Virus record (IMG/VR): IMGVR_UViG_3300021400_001148
Span: 160,001 to 224,000 of that record
DNA: 64,000 bases
Reading direction: 5' to 3' (one strand)
Origin: a virus
Taxonomy: Duplodnaviria > Caudoviricetes
The notes beneath the pieces were generated by a model that saw only the letters and a program-made list of their open reading frames with translations, did no database searches and had not been told where the DNA came from. Shown piece by piece: positions 17,246 through 29,400 of this stretch. Made by a program: the position numbers and the translations under genes. Position 1 is the first letter of the stretch. Every line of letters starts with the position of its first letter.

Positions 17246-19672
17246 ATGGCTAAACTTATATTATACCAAACCAAGTCTCCTTATGAAGGGGATGTTACTA
17301 AAAACTGTCAGATGACAGGTAAGGAAATGGACAGTAATTTCCTTAATCTCAAAGGGGATGACATAAAAACAATAGTTCTCGATGACAAAACAAATATCCT
17401 CACTGTTACAAGAAACAAGGATGGTTTCCGTGACTGTAATGGGGAGGTTATCAATGCAAAATATCGCATAGACCTTAATAAACTTGGTTTCATTTCTGAT
17501 ATCAAGGCAGAGAATGGTATGCTTATTGGTAAAAAATCAGATGGAACTAATGTTTCAGTCAGACTTTCTGATATAAGCATCCTTTGCTCCACCGATGGTA
17601 CTATCGATGGTAATGGTAGTGCTGCACACCCACTTTCAATTTCAAGAGGTTCCAGAACCGGCCAGTATTCTGCCTGCAAGGAAATCATTGATGTTATTGA
17701 GGGCGAGAAACTTCCGGAAAATCCATCTCTCGGTGAGAGGTATATCACGAGGGAGGAAATCAACAAATCCGGTAAACTCTATCCCTATGACGCAGTTTGG
17801 AAAATAGCCAAAGACCTCGAAGCGGCAAACTACGGCTGGAGAATTCCAACCAAGAAAGACTGGGATGACACTCTTATGCTTCTTGAAGGATGTAAAGACC
17901 TTCCAAAGGGATATAAGAATCACCATAGTGAGGAAACCGGAAACCTCGGTAGGTATGCCGGCAAATTAGCCAAGACAGTTGACACTTGGAAAGAACACGA
18001 GCTCAACAAGGACAACTTCGGGTTTATGGGTATCTATGCTGTCGGCTATAAGGATGCTGCCGGTAACTGGTCTGCCGGAAGTGACAATCACGCTTCGGGT
18101 ATGTCGACTGCGTTCTGGACATCCACACTCCGTGAGGGAGATAAGATTGACGATGATGGGTACAAGGTATACGCCAAACGATTCGATGCATTCAAGAAAC
18201 TCAGCACCGGAAAGGTAGAATGCGACACCGTGCGTCAGGATGTGCTCCCGCAAATTTCAAAACTTTCGCTCAGGCTTGTTAAAGACTACGACGGAACCAA
18301 TTTCAGGTCTTCTGAAGACATTTTCGGTACATATTATCCTTGCGAGATTGTTGATGCCAAAACTGATGATGAGGAAGTTAACAATGAACTTAATGAATAC
18401 TATAAGCCCAGAATTTGGACTTCCATCAACCTCTCTTATTCAACTGAGAAAATAGAGAATGAAATTGAAGATGCGCCTAAAGTCGGTGAATCTGATATCA
18501 GATTCTTCATTAACGATTGGGATGGCACCCGTTGGGTTCGTCAGGAACTTATACTCGGTGATAGTGTTGTTCTCACAGAAGAATTTGTTGATGAAAGTGG
18601 AAACACCCAGGTTCATGAATTCAGAATGCTTCCTGATGAGGAAGGTAATATCAGCCTCGTAGACCTTACTGAGGCCGGTAGTAGCGAAACTGCAAAACTC
18701 GAAGAAGAGATTGAGGCTATATCTGCAGTAACTGGAAACATCGTTTCTTCAATTGGTGGAAATGAGGATGGTACAATTGAACCTTTTGAAAATGAAATTA
18801 TTGCCAGTGCTGAAACAATTGTGGATGCAGTTACTGCAATCGCTGACGAGGTTGTTGCACAGGGTACTCGCATGAACACAATCAATGAATCTGCTGGTTT
18901 TGGCCCAGATGGTGAATATATTCCAGCAAGTGGAATCACTGAAGACGCGGAAAATATAGCAGAGGCTGTTCAAATTCTTAGTGATGCAATTTCTGGGGGT
19001 GCAGGTACTACTGGCAAAATTATTGAATCGGTCGGTCTCAACGACGATGGTACAATGCCGGAGGTTGAAGGCGAATACCTTGACAGCCCAGAAACTGTCA
19101 TTGATGCTCTCAAAGCACTTGATGAAGCAATAAAGGCTGGAAGAGAAGAATCCTCTGCCAAAACCGAAGCAATCATTGAATCTGTTGGACTTGACGAAAA
19201 CGGCCACTATGTTGCGACAACAGATAAATTTACCAGTGCCGCCACCAAGGTTACGGAAGCAATTGGTCTGCTTAACAATCAGGCTGTTAGCAACCAAGAT
19301 GAAACAGACTCAATAGAAACTGCAGTTGGGCTTGATGAGAATGGTGATTATGTAAAGAAAACGACCGGCCATTTCATTAACGAGGCTAATTCAATTGAAG
19401 AAGAAATTGCTGCACTTGATGAACAGATACATGATGATGACAAGGAACTCGAAAATGTTGAGGCTTCTGTTGGTTTAAAAGTTGGCAAGGGCGACCTTCC
19501 TGATGAATATGCCAGCACCAATGTCATTAGCAATGGTATGACAGTCATTGAGGCTGTTGAATCTATCGACAAAAAAATCGGCACCCCTTCTGATGTAAGG
19601 CTCGAAGGCCAAAAGGATGATGAGATTTCACTTTACGCTTATATTAACGAATCAGATTACGGCGAATTTTAA
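17246..19672 (+). CDS. fibre/adhesin-like protein with Fib_succ_major (FISUMP)-like domain and ESVGL repeats
   Basis: GKLYPYDAV, GWRIPTKKDW, FWTST, LSLRLVKD; repeated IIESVGLxxxG units. Confidence 0.7.
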   Translation: MAKLILYQTKSPYEGDVTKNCQMTGKEMDSNFLNLKGDDIKTIVLDDKTNILTVTRNKDGFRDCNGEVINAKYRIDLNKLGFISDIKAENGMLIGKKSDGTNVSVRLSDISILCSTDGTIDGNGSAAHPLSISRGSRTGQYSACKEIIDVIEGEKLPENPSLGERYITREEINKSGKLYPYDAVWKIAKDLEAANYGWRIPTKKDWDDTLMLLEGCKDLPKGYKNHHSEETGNLGRYAGKLAKTVDTWKEHELNKDNFGFMGIYAVGYKDAAGNWSAGSDNHASGMSTAFWTSTLREGDKIDDDGYKVYAKRFDAFKKLSTGKVECDTVRQDVLPQISKLSLRLVKDYDGTNFRSSEDIFGTYYPCEIVDAKTDDEEVNNELNEYYKPRIWTSINLSYSTEKIENEIEDAPKVGESDIRFFINDWDGTRWVRQELILGDSVVLTEEFVDESGNTQVHEFRMLPDEEGNISLVDLTEAGSSETAKLEEEIEAISAVTGNIVSSIGGNEDGTIEPFENEIIASAETIVDAVTAIADEVVAQGTRMNTINESAGFGPDGEYIPASGITEDAENIAEAVQILSDAISGGAGTTGKIIESVGLNDDGTMPEVEGEYLDSPETVIDALKALDEAIKAGREESSAKTEAIIESVGLDENGHYVATTDKFTSAATKVTEAIGLLNNQAVSNQDETDSIETAVGLDENGDYVKKTTGHFINEANSIEEEIAALDEQIHDDDKELENVEASVGLKVGKGDLPDEYASTNVISNGMTVIEAVESIDKKIGTPSDVRLEGQKDDEISLYAYINESDYGEF

Positions 19673-19673
19673 T

Positions 19674-20537
19674 ATGGATTTTAAAGATAGAATACTTCGT
19701 TTAAGGCGAGCAAAAACTATTTTCAATAGCAGGGATGCCGCCATGGCTTATGTAGAGGACAATAGAAAGTCCCACTACGGGGAGCCTGTCGTTGTACGCT
19801 ATCGCGGTGAAAAAGGCGAAATCTACGCAATACTCGCCATTGGTTCATCGGAATATACAGCCAAAAACCCCAATAACAGGTATCAATATATTGACCCGGG
19901 GCTTATGGAGAAACTTCTTCACGGTGAACTTGAAGGTAGAGTTGCAGCGGATGAGAAAATGTATGCATCAATCGGGCTTGGCTCGGAAGGAGCACACGAA
20001 AGGTCCGCCGGACACTATACCAGTGCAAGAACCATTAACAGTATTGAAGAAGAGATACTCGCGGTTGATGCTGAAGTTTTTGCAGTTAACGAAAAAATTT
20101 CTGATGAATCTTCTGCCAGACAATCGGACAAAACCCAAATAATCGAGGCGGTTGGGCTTTCGGAAACCGGTAATTATAAAACAATGGGGTACTATTACAC
20201 CACCGGAGCAACCTCAGTGTCAGAAAGTATAAAACTTCTTGATAGTAAGTTACACGACATTGAAACTTTTGTGGGCAAATCCACTGATGCTAAAACCAAA
20301 AACACTGTTTTCGGCTACATTAACAAAATGAAGGCTGAAACCGACTCGGATGTATCAGAACTGGACCGCACATTGGAAATGGTTGATGGGAAATTTAAGC
20401 CTTACACTGTGGAGGATGGTACAAAATATATAAACAACCAAAACTCAATCAGGGATGAAATCCGCGCATTGGATTTTGCTATACAAAATTTGGCAAAGGC
20501 AATTGAGGAGATTCACGCTGATATCAACAAAAATTAA
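19674..20537 (+). CDS. fibre-associated structural protein
   Basis: N-terminus (GEPVVVRY...ILAIG) resembles that of the next gene; VGL repeats. Confidence 0.65.
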   Translation: MDFKDRILRLRRAKTIFNSRDAAMAYVEDNRKSHYGEPVVVRYRGEKGEIYAILAIGSSEYTAKNPNNRYQYIDPGLMEKLLHGELEGRVAADEKMYASIGLGSEGAHERSAGHYTSARTINSIEEEILAVDAEVFAVNEKISDESSARQSDKTQIIEAVGLSETGNYKTMGYYYTTGATSVSESIKLLDSKLHDIETFVGKSTDAKTKNTVFGYINKMKAETDSDVSELDRTLEMVDGKFKPYTVEDGTKYINNQNSIRDEIRALDFAIQNLAKAIEEIHADINKN

Positions 20538-20558
20538 AAGTAAACACTACAATATATT

Positions 20559-23500
20559 ATGGCAAACAAAGGCGCATTCATAAATGGTGACACAGGTCAG
20601 ACTACAAGTAGAGAATTGAGATTCCTTCACGCTGGTGCGTCGTTCAACACCCGTGAGGAAGCAAAACAATACATTTTAGACAAGGTTGGTGATGAAACAA
20701 TCAACTCAACCTATGCACAGCCTGTTGTTGCCAGATACAAAGATAATGGCGGGGAACAGATTATACTCGGTATTGGCAAGGGAGATAATGGGTTTCATTT
20801 CATTGACTCTGCAGCAATAGAGCATGATATTCGTGCCATCATCGAGAGCATCGGTGTTGGCTCAGAGGGCATTGATGTTGTATACAGTGACGAAAAACTC
20901 GTTTCTGTCAAAGATGAAATTCTCAAATTAAATGAGATAATTCAGAATGGTGATGAAACCACTGCATTTGATACGATTAACACCGTCGCCGCAAAAATTG
21001 ATGAAATACTTTCAACGATTTCAAACGACGAGAGAGTTTCAAATAGTATAATTGAATCCGTTGGTCTGAATGCAGATGGTACACTTCCGGAATTTGAAAG
21101 CACGGAGTATATCGCTGACGGCGAATCACTGAAACACGCAATTGAAACTCTTGACGAGTCTCTTGCTGGTGTGCAGTCACAGGTTACATCGAACAAAATC
21201 GCAAGTGCTGATGGTAGTATTGTGGTTACCGCTGATGAGACTGGTACTGATGTCGCTGTTAATGTAGACAGAACCACAGTCGTGGTAGGTAATAACGGCA
21301 AGGTTTCAACTGGCCTTTGGATTAAGAAATATGATGAAAACGATAACATAAGCCCGGACCTCCGTGCCGTGTACAAACTTGTTGATGCGAACGGTACACC
21401 CGTTTCCGGAAGTAAGGACATCGAAATTCCAAAAGACAGTTCGTTCGTTACCGCACAACTTGGCACCGAAGACATCTATGTTGATACAAATACAGGTGAG
21501 ATTCACGACCCCGGTGTTGAACAAGGTAAAAAGGTAGATGTGCTTTTCCTTGTCTATCTGAACAATGAAAACAAATATGTTGGTGTACAGATTCCAATTG
21601 GTGATTTCCTTCAGGAAGCCGAGTTTAAAGACGGTTTAAAGGTTGTAAACCATGAGGTTTATGTTCGTATTGATGATACTTCTGAGGCTTTCCTTTCCGT
21701 AAGTCCGGATGGCGTTAAACTTTCTGGTGTGCAAACTGCAATTGATGATGCGGTTGAATCCGAGAAGGAGCGTGCTATTTTGGAGGAAGAAGCACTTGAC
21801 GCTGCAATAAAATCCGAAGAAAATAGGGCGAAAGCCGCAGAGAAGGATATTAGGCAAAAGGTTGGTTTGGATGAAGAAACAGGTGCATATGTTCCTTACA
21901 CTGAAGGCGTATATACTTCTGCAGCAACAACCGTCCTTGACGCAACATCCAAACTTGACGATGCTGTCAAGGATATACAGAAACAGGTTATTGATAATCA
22001 TGTGGAGGGTGAAAACGCAATTGTTGCCACCCCCGGGGACGGTAAAACAGTAGTTTCACTCAAAATAGGACAAGAAGATAAACTGCTCACAAATGACACT
22101 GAAGGCCTTCACTCAACCATTGACCTTGTTGAAGTTACTGGTGAAGAGCTCAGGGCTCTTGGCAATGATGTGCGGGAAGCCTATAAACTCACTGGTGTAA
22201 ACAGTCAGATTGGTGCATACATTAAGATATACAACAATTCATCCGCACTTCATAGTATCGCCGTGGGTGATATGGGTGACAGGTTCAGTGCTCCCCTTGA
22301 TGGAAGTGACGGTAAAAAAACTGTTTATCCCGACGGAATCATAACCGGTAGTACACATCAAGAAGCCATAAGAGTTATTTACAAAACTGACAAACTCGAT
22401 GATGCTACTGGTATGGCCATTTATGAAATGGTTCTTACAGATGTTGATAGTTTCCTTCAGACAGATGAGTTTGAGGATGGTCTCGAAGTGGTTCACGGAG
22501 AAGAGAGTGATATCGTTAAAGTTAAGATTGCTGAGGATTCTGAAGAATTCTTAACAGTCAGTATCACCGGTGTCAAACTTTCTGGCGTACAAACTGCGAT
22601 TGACAACGCTGTTGAGGTTGAAAAAGAGCGTGCAACCGCCAAAGAAAATGAAATTGCGGATAATCTTGCAAGTGAAATCACAAGTGCCAGAACTGAAGAA
22701 GCTCGTATTGAGGCTAAGGTTGATGCTGAAAAAACTCGTGCCGAGGCTGCCGAAGCCGACCTTCAATCTCAAATAACCGCAGAGGTTGAACGCGCAATCG
22801 CACGCGAGAACGCTATTGAAACTGACCTTCAGTCTGAGGTTACAAGGGCTACAGGCGAAGAAACCCGTATTGAAAGTAGACTTAACGGTGAGATTGATAG
22901 GGCTATTGAACAAGAAGATACTATAGAATCCAATGTTGGCCTTGATGAAAATGGCAAACATATCCAGACGGAAGGCAACTACACAAACGCAGCCACCACA
23001 ATTACAGGTGAAATCGCAGCCCTTGATACACAAGTAAAGAACGAACAGGATGAAATTGACCACGTTGAGGACGCAGCTGGCTTTGCGGCCGACGGCACAT
23101 ATGTTAAATACACTGGTGGTGCCTACATATCCAATGCAACAAGCGTCCTTGATGCGACATCCAAACTTGATGATGCAATTGTTGATGTTCAGGAACAAAT
23201 CACGGCTAATAAGGTGGTTGGTGACAACGCTATAGTTGTAACGACCGCTACCACAGGAACAACCGTTAGTCTTAAACTTAAGGGTGATAACATCTTGACT
23301 AATAATGCTGACGGCCTTTATGCTACATTGACTATCAAACAACTTTCAAGTGGTGCAGCTGAGGCTCTTGGTGAAAATGTTCGTGAAGCATATAAACTTG
23401 TGGGTGTTGATGGGGAAACTCAGTTGGGTGATGTAATCAAAGTTTACAAAGACTCCTCACTTGTGGATGTTTCTATTGGTGATATGGGCGACAAATTTGC

Positions 23501-26453
23501 TAACCCTACAACTGATGACTATCACTCCAAAGATACGAACATCGATGCGGGTATCACCGGGAAAGAGGCATTAAGGTTTATCTATCTTCTTTCAGACGGA
23601 ACTTATGAAATGGCTCTCATAGACCTTTCATCTTATTTGAGAGAGTCAGAGTTTGAGGACGGACTTGAGGTTTCTGGCCACATTGTCAAGGTTAAAATTG
23701 ACCCCGCATCTGAGGCTTTCTTAAGTGTAAGCGGCAACGGTGTGAAATTGAGTGGTGTACAAGATGCCATCAACGACGAAGCAAACCGTGCCACAAGGCA
23801 AGAAGATACTATTGAAGGTGCCGTTGGTCTCAATACTGATGGCACACATAAGAGAAGCGGCGGTACCTATACCAATAACGCAAATACAATAGCAGATGAG
23901 ATTGCTGCACTTGATGCACAGGCTGCTGCAAATCAGACTGAAACAGACACAATTGAATCTGCCGTCGGGCTTGATGAAACTGGTGTTCACAAACCTACTT
24001 CCGGCAAATACACAAATAGTGCTACCACAATTGCCGGTGAAATCGCCGCCCTTGATGCTGAGGCTTTCAGACATTCTGGTGAAACTGATAACATCGAAAC
24101 TGCAGTTGGGCTCGATGCTGACGGCAACTATGTCCGTACAACCGGTGATATTACCAGAGATGCTGATAGTGTTAAGGCAGCTATTGAACTTCTCGACAGA
24201 AATGCTGTTTCCGAACAAGCAGAGATAGATGTGGTTGAAGATAATGTTGGTTTAAATGCTGACGGCACACACAAAGCGTCTGGCGGACATTATACTAATG
24301 ATGCTACAACAATTGTTGGCGAAATTGCTGCACTTGATGCAGAAGCATATAGACATTCTGGTGAGACCAACAACATTGAAACTGCAGTTGGGCTTGATGC
24401 CGACGGAAACTATGTTCATACCACCGGTCAAACCACTAGTGCGGCTGAAAGCATTAAGGAGGCCATTGAGCTCCTCGACGCTAAATCATCCACTGATGCT
24501 GGTGAGGTTGATAATATCGAGGCTTCTGTTGGACTTGACGAAAATGGCGGATATGTTGCACCTTCCGGAGAATATGTATCCACCTCTACAACAGTCAAAA
24601 ATGCCATTGAACTTCTCGACGCACAGGCAGTCTCCAATCAAACTGAAACTGACACGATTGAAAACGGTGTTGGTCTGAATGCCAATGGAACACATAAGCC
24701 ATCCGGTGGGCATTACACAAACAATGCTACAACAATTGCCGGCGAGATTGCAGCCCTCGACACACAAGCAAAGGACGAACAGGATGAAATCGACCGGATT
24801 GAATCTGCTGCTGGTTTTAATGAGAACGGAACATATAAACAAACCAGAACCAAATACACCAGCGGTACATCATCGGTTTATGACGCAATTGAGGCACTTG
24901 ATACTCAGGAAACATCCAATCAGGATGAGACTGATAGAATTGAGTCTGGTGTTGGACTTGATGCAAGTGGTAATTATGTAAGGCCTTCCGGAAGATACAT
25001 TAGTGGAACTTCAAGTGTGATGGAAGCCATTGAATCACTCAATGCCCATGCAAGTGATAGTCAAAATGAACTTGATAAAGCTGAAAGTAGTGTTGGACTT
25101 AATGAAGATGGCTCATACAAGGCCACTAGGACAAGATATACCAGTGGGACTAGTTCGGTGTACAGTGCTATTGAGGCCCTCGATACGCAAGAAGCCGACA
25201 ATCAAAATGAAACCGATAGAATTGAAACGGGGGTTGGTCTTAATGCCGACGGAACATACACATCACCTTCCGGTAAGTATGTCAGTGGAAGCACGAGTGT
25301 GATTGACGCCATTTCTAAACTCAACACTGAGTTTGAAAATGTGCACACAGAAATAGACGAAACTAATGATGACCTTGCAACCGTTCGCAGCAGTGTTGGC
25401 CTTGCATCTGACGGTTCGCATGTTGCTTCTTCGGGACGATACACTTCAGGTGCCAGTACAGTTGAGGGTGAAATCGTCGCCCTCGATGCACAGGCGGTCG
25501 CAAATCAGAATGAAACTGATGCGATTGAAAATGCGGTTGGACTAAATGCTGATGGAACTTTCAAAACCATCAACGGAAATTATACCACTGATGCCGGAAG
25601 TACTTCAGATGCAATTAAGGCTGTTGATGCTCAAACTAAGTTGAATACCGACCATATTGCAACTAACGCCTCTGACATCCTTAAAAACAAGGTATACAGT
25701 TCAAGTAATGCGATAGAGGTTGAACACACTGACACAGAGGGCGCTGGTACAAAAGTAGGACTCACCATTAATGGTAATGATATGGTTCTTACCCAAGATG
25801 CCGGTCTGCTTGCTACCATACACCTCGAAAAAGTAACTGGCGTTACAACAGCTGGAACTGCTTATACGGCAATTCAACTTAAAGGGAAAGAGGGTAGAAT
25901 AATCGATGAAATTGACGCGAGCGACTTTGTTGCTGACGGATTCTTGGAGTCAGTTGAAGTTGTGACAAGAGGTGCTAGCACTTACATTGTATTCACTTGG
26001 AATACCGCGGCTGGAAGTAGGGTTACAGAAATACCTGTAACAGATATCTTTGTTCCCTACACAGCATCTACCGGTGTTAGGCTTGTTGGGCACGATTTCC
26101 AAGGTGTTGTTGACCCGAATAGTGACAAGTACTTGACTGTTGGTCTTGATGGTTTCAAACTCGATGGTATTGAAGAAGTTGTTGAAGAATTTGAAGAGGC
26201 GGTCAGAGATATTAACGAGAAACTCGTAGACATTGTCTCTGACAATGAGGCTTTGGTAATCACCAACGAAGACCAGGGCTTCAGAAAATATCGTAGATTA
26301 ACGATAACTCTTGGTTCTACTCTTGATACTACTGAGACTCAATTACCTGAAAAGAACTATTTAAGAATAGCAGATGATGGTCTTCATACAACCATCAGGC
26401 CGCTTACTAATGAAGAAATTCATGGAATAACAAATATTGACAATATACAATAA
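20559..26453 (+). CDS. giant repetitive fibre protein (1964 aa)
   Basis: many ~42 aa IExxVGLxxxGx(Y/H)...YT..A.....I.ALD repeats, coiled coil, recurring SExFLxVSxxGVKLSGVQxAI module. Confidence 0.8.
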   Translation: MANKGAFINGDTGQTTSRELRFLHAGASFNTREEAKQYILDKVGDETINSTYAQPVVARYKDNGGEQIILGIGKGDNGFHFIDSAAIEHDIRAIIESIGVGSEGIDVVYSDEKLVSVKDEILKLNEIIQNGDETTAFDTINTVAAKIDEILSTISNDERVSNSIIESVGLNADGTLPEFESTEYIADGESLKHAIETLDESLAGVQSQVTSNKIASADGSIVVTADETGTDVAVNVDRTTVVVGNNGKVSTGLWIKKYDENDNISPDLRAVYKLVDANGTPVSGSKDIEIPKDSSFVTAQLGTEDIYVDTNTGEIHDPGVEQGKKVDVLFLVYLNNENKYVGVQIPIGDFLQEAEFKDGLKVVNHEVYVRIDDTSEAFLSVSPDGVKLSGVQTAIDDAVESEKERAILEEEALDAAIKSEENRAKAAEKDIRQKVGLDEETGAYVPYTEGVYTSAATTVLDATSKLDDAVKDIQKQVIDNHVEGENAIVATPGDGKTVVSLKIGQEDKLLTNDTEGLHSTIDLVEVTGEELRALGNDVREAYKLTGVNSQIGAYIKIYNNSSALHSIAVGDMGDRFSAPLDGSDGKKTVYPDGIITGSTHQEAIRVIYKTDKLDDATGMAIYEMVLTDVDSFLQTDEFEDGLEVVHGEESDIVKVKIAEDSEEFLTVSITGVKLSGVQTAIDNAVEVEKERATAKENEIADNLASEITSARTEEARIEAKVDAEKTRAEAAEADLQSQITAEVERAIARENAIETDLQSEVTRATGEETRIESRLNGEIDRAIEQEDTIESNVGLDENGKHIQTEGNYTNAATTITGEIAALDTQVKNEQDEIDHVEDAAGFAADGTYVKYTGGAYISNATSVLDATSKLDDAIVDVQEQITANKVVGDNAIVVTTATTGTTVSLKLKGDNILTNNADGLYATLTIKQLSSGAAEALGENVREAYKLVGVDGETQLGDVIKVYKDSSLVDVSIGDMGDKFANPTTDDYHSKDTNIDAGITGKEALRFIYLLSDGTYEMALIDLSSYLRESEFEDGLEVSGHIVKVKIDPASEAFLSVSGNGVKLSGVQDAINDEANRATRQEDTIEGAVGLNTDGTHKRSGGTYTNNANTIADEIAALDAQAAANQTETDTIESAVGLDETGVHKPTSGKYTNSATTIAGEIAALDAEAFRHSGETDNIETAVGLDADGNYVRTTGDITRDADSVKAAIELLDRNAVSEQAEIDVVEDNVGLNADGTHKASGGHYTNDATTIVGEIAALDAEAYRHSGETNNIETAVGLDADGNYVHTTGQTTSAAESIKEAIELLDAKSSTDAGEVDNIEASVGLDENGGYVAPSGEYVSTSTTVKNAIELLDAQAVSNQTETDTIENGVGLNANGTHKPSGGHYTNNATTIAGEIAALDTQAKDEQDEIDRIESAAGFNENGTYKQTRTKYTSGTSSVYDAIEALDTQETSNQDETDRIESGVGLDASGNYVRPSGRYISGTSSVMEAIESLNAHASDSQNELDKAESSVGLNEDGSYKATRTRYTSGTSSVYSAIEALDTQEADNQNETDRIETGVGLNADGTYTSPSGKYVSGSTSVIDAISKLNTEFENVHTEIDETNDDLATVRSSVGLASDGSHVASSGRYTSGASTVEGEIVALDAQAVANQNETDAIENAVGLNADGTFKTINGNYTTDAGSTSDAIKAVDAQTKLNTDHIATNASDILKNKVYSSSNAIEVEHTDTEGAGTKVGLTINGNDMVLTQDAGLLATIHLEKVTGVTTAGTAYTAIQLKGKEGRIIDEIDASDFVADGFLESVEVVTRGASTYIVFTWNTAAGSRVTEIPVTDIFVPYTASTGVRLVGHDFQGVVDPNSDKYLTVGLDGFKLDGIEEVVEEFEEAVRDINEKLVDIVSDNEALVITNEDQGFRKYRRLTITLGSTLDTTETQLPEKNYLRIADDGLHTTIRPLTNEEIHGITNIDNIQ

Positions 26454-26455
26454 CA

Positions 26456-29400
26456 ATGAGTGACGGAATTTTCTTGAATAAAAGGGGTACTGCAGCCCTC
26501 TGGAACGATGTAACTGCAATGGAAACCAAGGGCAAAAAGGCTCTTGCTGAGGCAATTGGCCTTGGTTTCTCTGGGGCTACTAGTGACAATCAAACCGGTG
26601 TTGTAAAGCACCTTGACAGTGGTGACCATTACACAAGCGGTGCTACCACTGTATTGGGTGAGGTTGAAAAACTCGACACCACTCTTTGGAATGCAATCGA
26701 GGAGGACCAGGTTTTCCACAACAGCAAAACTTTCTCTGGCGATACGCAGAACATCACCGGAAGAACAAGTGTTAATGTCAAAGGTGGTGTTGTTAATGTG
26801 ACTGGGGAGACGGAAACTAATTTCTCCGGGGCTAAAATGTCTGTTGATGAAACATCTTCAGTTTCAGTGAAAACCCCTTCAACAACAGTAAGTGGCTCAA
26901 CACTTAGTGTCACAGAAAACACTTCGGCGACAGTAACAACGCCTGATGCTAAAATCATTGCAACAGCAAGCACAATCAGTGGTTCTACGCTATCAGTTAC
27001 GGAGACATCTTCTGCATCAGTGTCTGCCCCAACAACAAATGTTTCTGGTACAACAACCCTCAACTTAAAGGGCGGAACAACTACAAATTTGGAGTCCGGG
27101 GATATTGTCAATGTTACTGGGAAGACCGTAAATGCCAAAGGCTCAACGGCTGTTAATGTTTCTGGGGCAACAATCAATGCCACGGGTACAACAAATATCG
27201 AAGGTAATACCAATATAACAGGTGTTACCAGGGTAAGTGGCGTAACTTCCATCACGGGAGATACTACTATTACGGGAAACGAAACCGTTACAAAGAACCT
27301 CAATGTTAGTGGTAATACCAATATTACTGGGAATACAAACATTAGTGGTACTACAACCATCGACGATTCACTCGAAATACATGACGGTCTTACTGTAACC
27401 GCTGGTGGTGTTGCAATCACCGGCAACACTTCAGTTAGTGGTGACACAAACATTAAAGGAGCAACAAACATCACAGGGAACACAAGTGTGACCGGAAACA
27501 CCACTTTGAGCGGCAATACAAAAATTACTTCCGGAGGTCTCAATGTGACCGGTAACACAACAGTTAGTGGAGACACAACCTTGACTGGTAATGAGGGCAT
27601 TTCCGGTAATCTCACTGTCAGTGGAAATACTGGGATTTCAGGGACAACAGAGATTGGTAAAACACTCACTGTAGCCTCCGGCCTTACTGTAAATAAAGGT
27701 GGTATCGCATCCACCGGTGTGACTTCCCTGAGTGGCCAAACAAATATTGATGGTGCAACAAATATCACAGGAAGCACCACAATTACCGGAGACGAAATCC
27801 TCAACGGAAACCTCCATGTCACTGGAACCACTGTACTTGACAAAAACACCAAAATTAACGCCGGTGGGCTTAATGTAACCGGCGATACAACCATAAGTGG
27901 TAACACAACCATTACTGGCACCACAAAGGTCACTGGAGACACAACCATTAGTGGCAATACTGTAATCAGTGGTGATACTACGCTAAATGGCAAAGAAAGA
28001 GTTAATGGAAACCTTGAAGTTACTGGTACTGCTACAATAACTGGGAACACTACTATTAACAGTAATACCAAGATTACCAGTGGTGGCCTTAATGTGACTG
28101 GAACCACTACTGTTAGTGGTAACACCACAATTAATGGTGAGACTAAAGTAACTGGGGATACAACTATCAGTGGTGCGACTACAATATCTGGTACTACGAC
28201 AGTTAAAGGTGCTACCAATATTGACGGCACAACTTCGATAACTGGCAATACGAATGTTCGTGGCAGCATTGATTTCAGTGGTGCAACAGCCTCCATTAAA
28301 TCAACCGGAACCAACGCAATTAGTGGGGGTACTAATACCTTTACTAGCACTGGAGAGACAGACATTAACGCAGGTTCTAAACTTGTGGTAAAAACACCTG
28401 TCACTGAGATAAGCGGAACCAGCGTGAGTGTCACTGGGACCACTAACCTGAACGGAAACACTAATATTACAGGCAGTCTTACGGTAAGCGAAAATGAAAC
28501 TATATCCAAGAACTTGACTGTCAATGGAAATACTACCCTCGGGGATACTTCTGGTGATACAGTAACAATTGCAGGCAATACCAAAATCAAAGCCGGTGGT
28601 CTTAATGTAACTGGTGATACAACAATCAGCGGCAACACGACTTTGAATGGTAATGAAACTGTCAATGGAAGCCTTGGCGTAACAGGTAACACTAACATAA
28701 CTGGCAACACAAACATCACCGGTAATACAACTGTGAAGGGTAATACGAATTTGGGTGATGCGGATAGTGATGTGCTCACTGTTGTCGGCACAACAAATGC
28801 AACTGGGCCCGTCAACATTACGGGAGACACTCTTATCGATGGCAAACTCACAGTTACTGATGGTATGGAAGTTGGTTGCCCGTTTGATGTTTGCGATACT
28901 CTAGGTGTGACCGCCGGAACCATTGTTGTATCAGGAAACGAGGCTGTTACAGGCAATATTGGAATTTCTGGTACCACAACTACAACCGGAAAATTGACTG
29001 CAAACGGTGGGGCTGATATTACTGGTGCTACAAATGTTCGTGGTAATACAACTTTTAGTGGCGGGACTATCACTGAGACTGCCACAACAAGCATATCTCT
29101 CACCGCACCCACAACCAACATTAGCGGAACAACTACTAATGTAAGTGGAAATACCAACATAACCGGAAACGAAACCGTAAGTGGAAGTCTTTCCGTCAGT
29201 GGCAATACCACACTTGGTGATGCTGCAACGGATGTTACGACAATCTGCGGAGCAACCAACGCAAATGGTAATATTAGTGTAACTGGCAGTGTTTCTGCAA
29301 GTTCCGATGTTAATGCTGGTGGAAACCTCAGTATAACAGGTAATGCTACTGTTAAGGGAAACACCACCCTCGGAGACGCTTCCACTGATACCGTCACAAT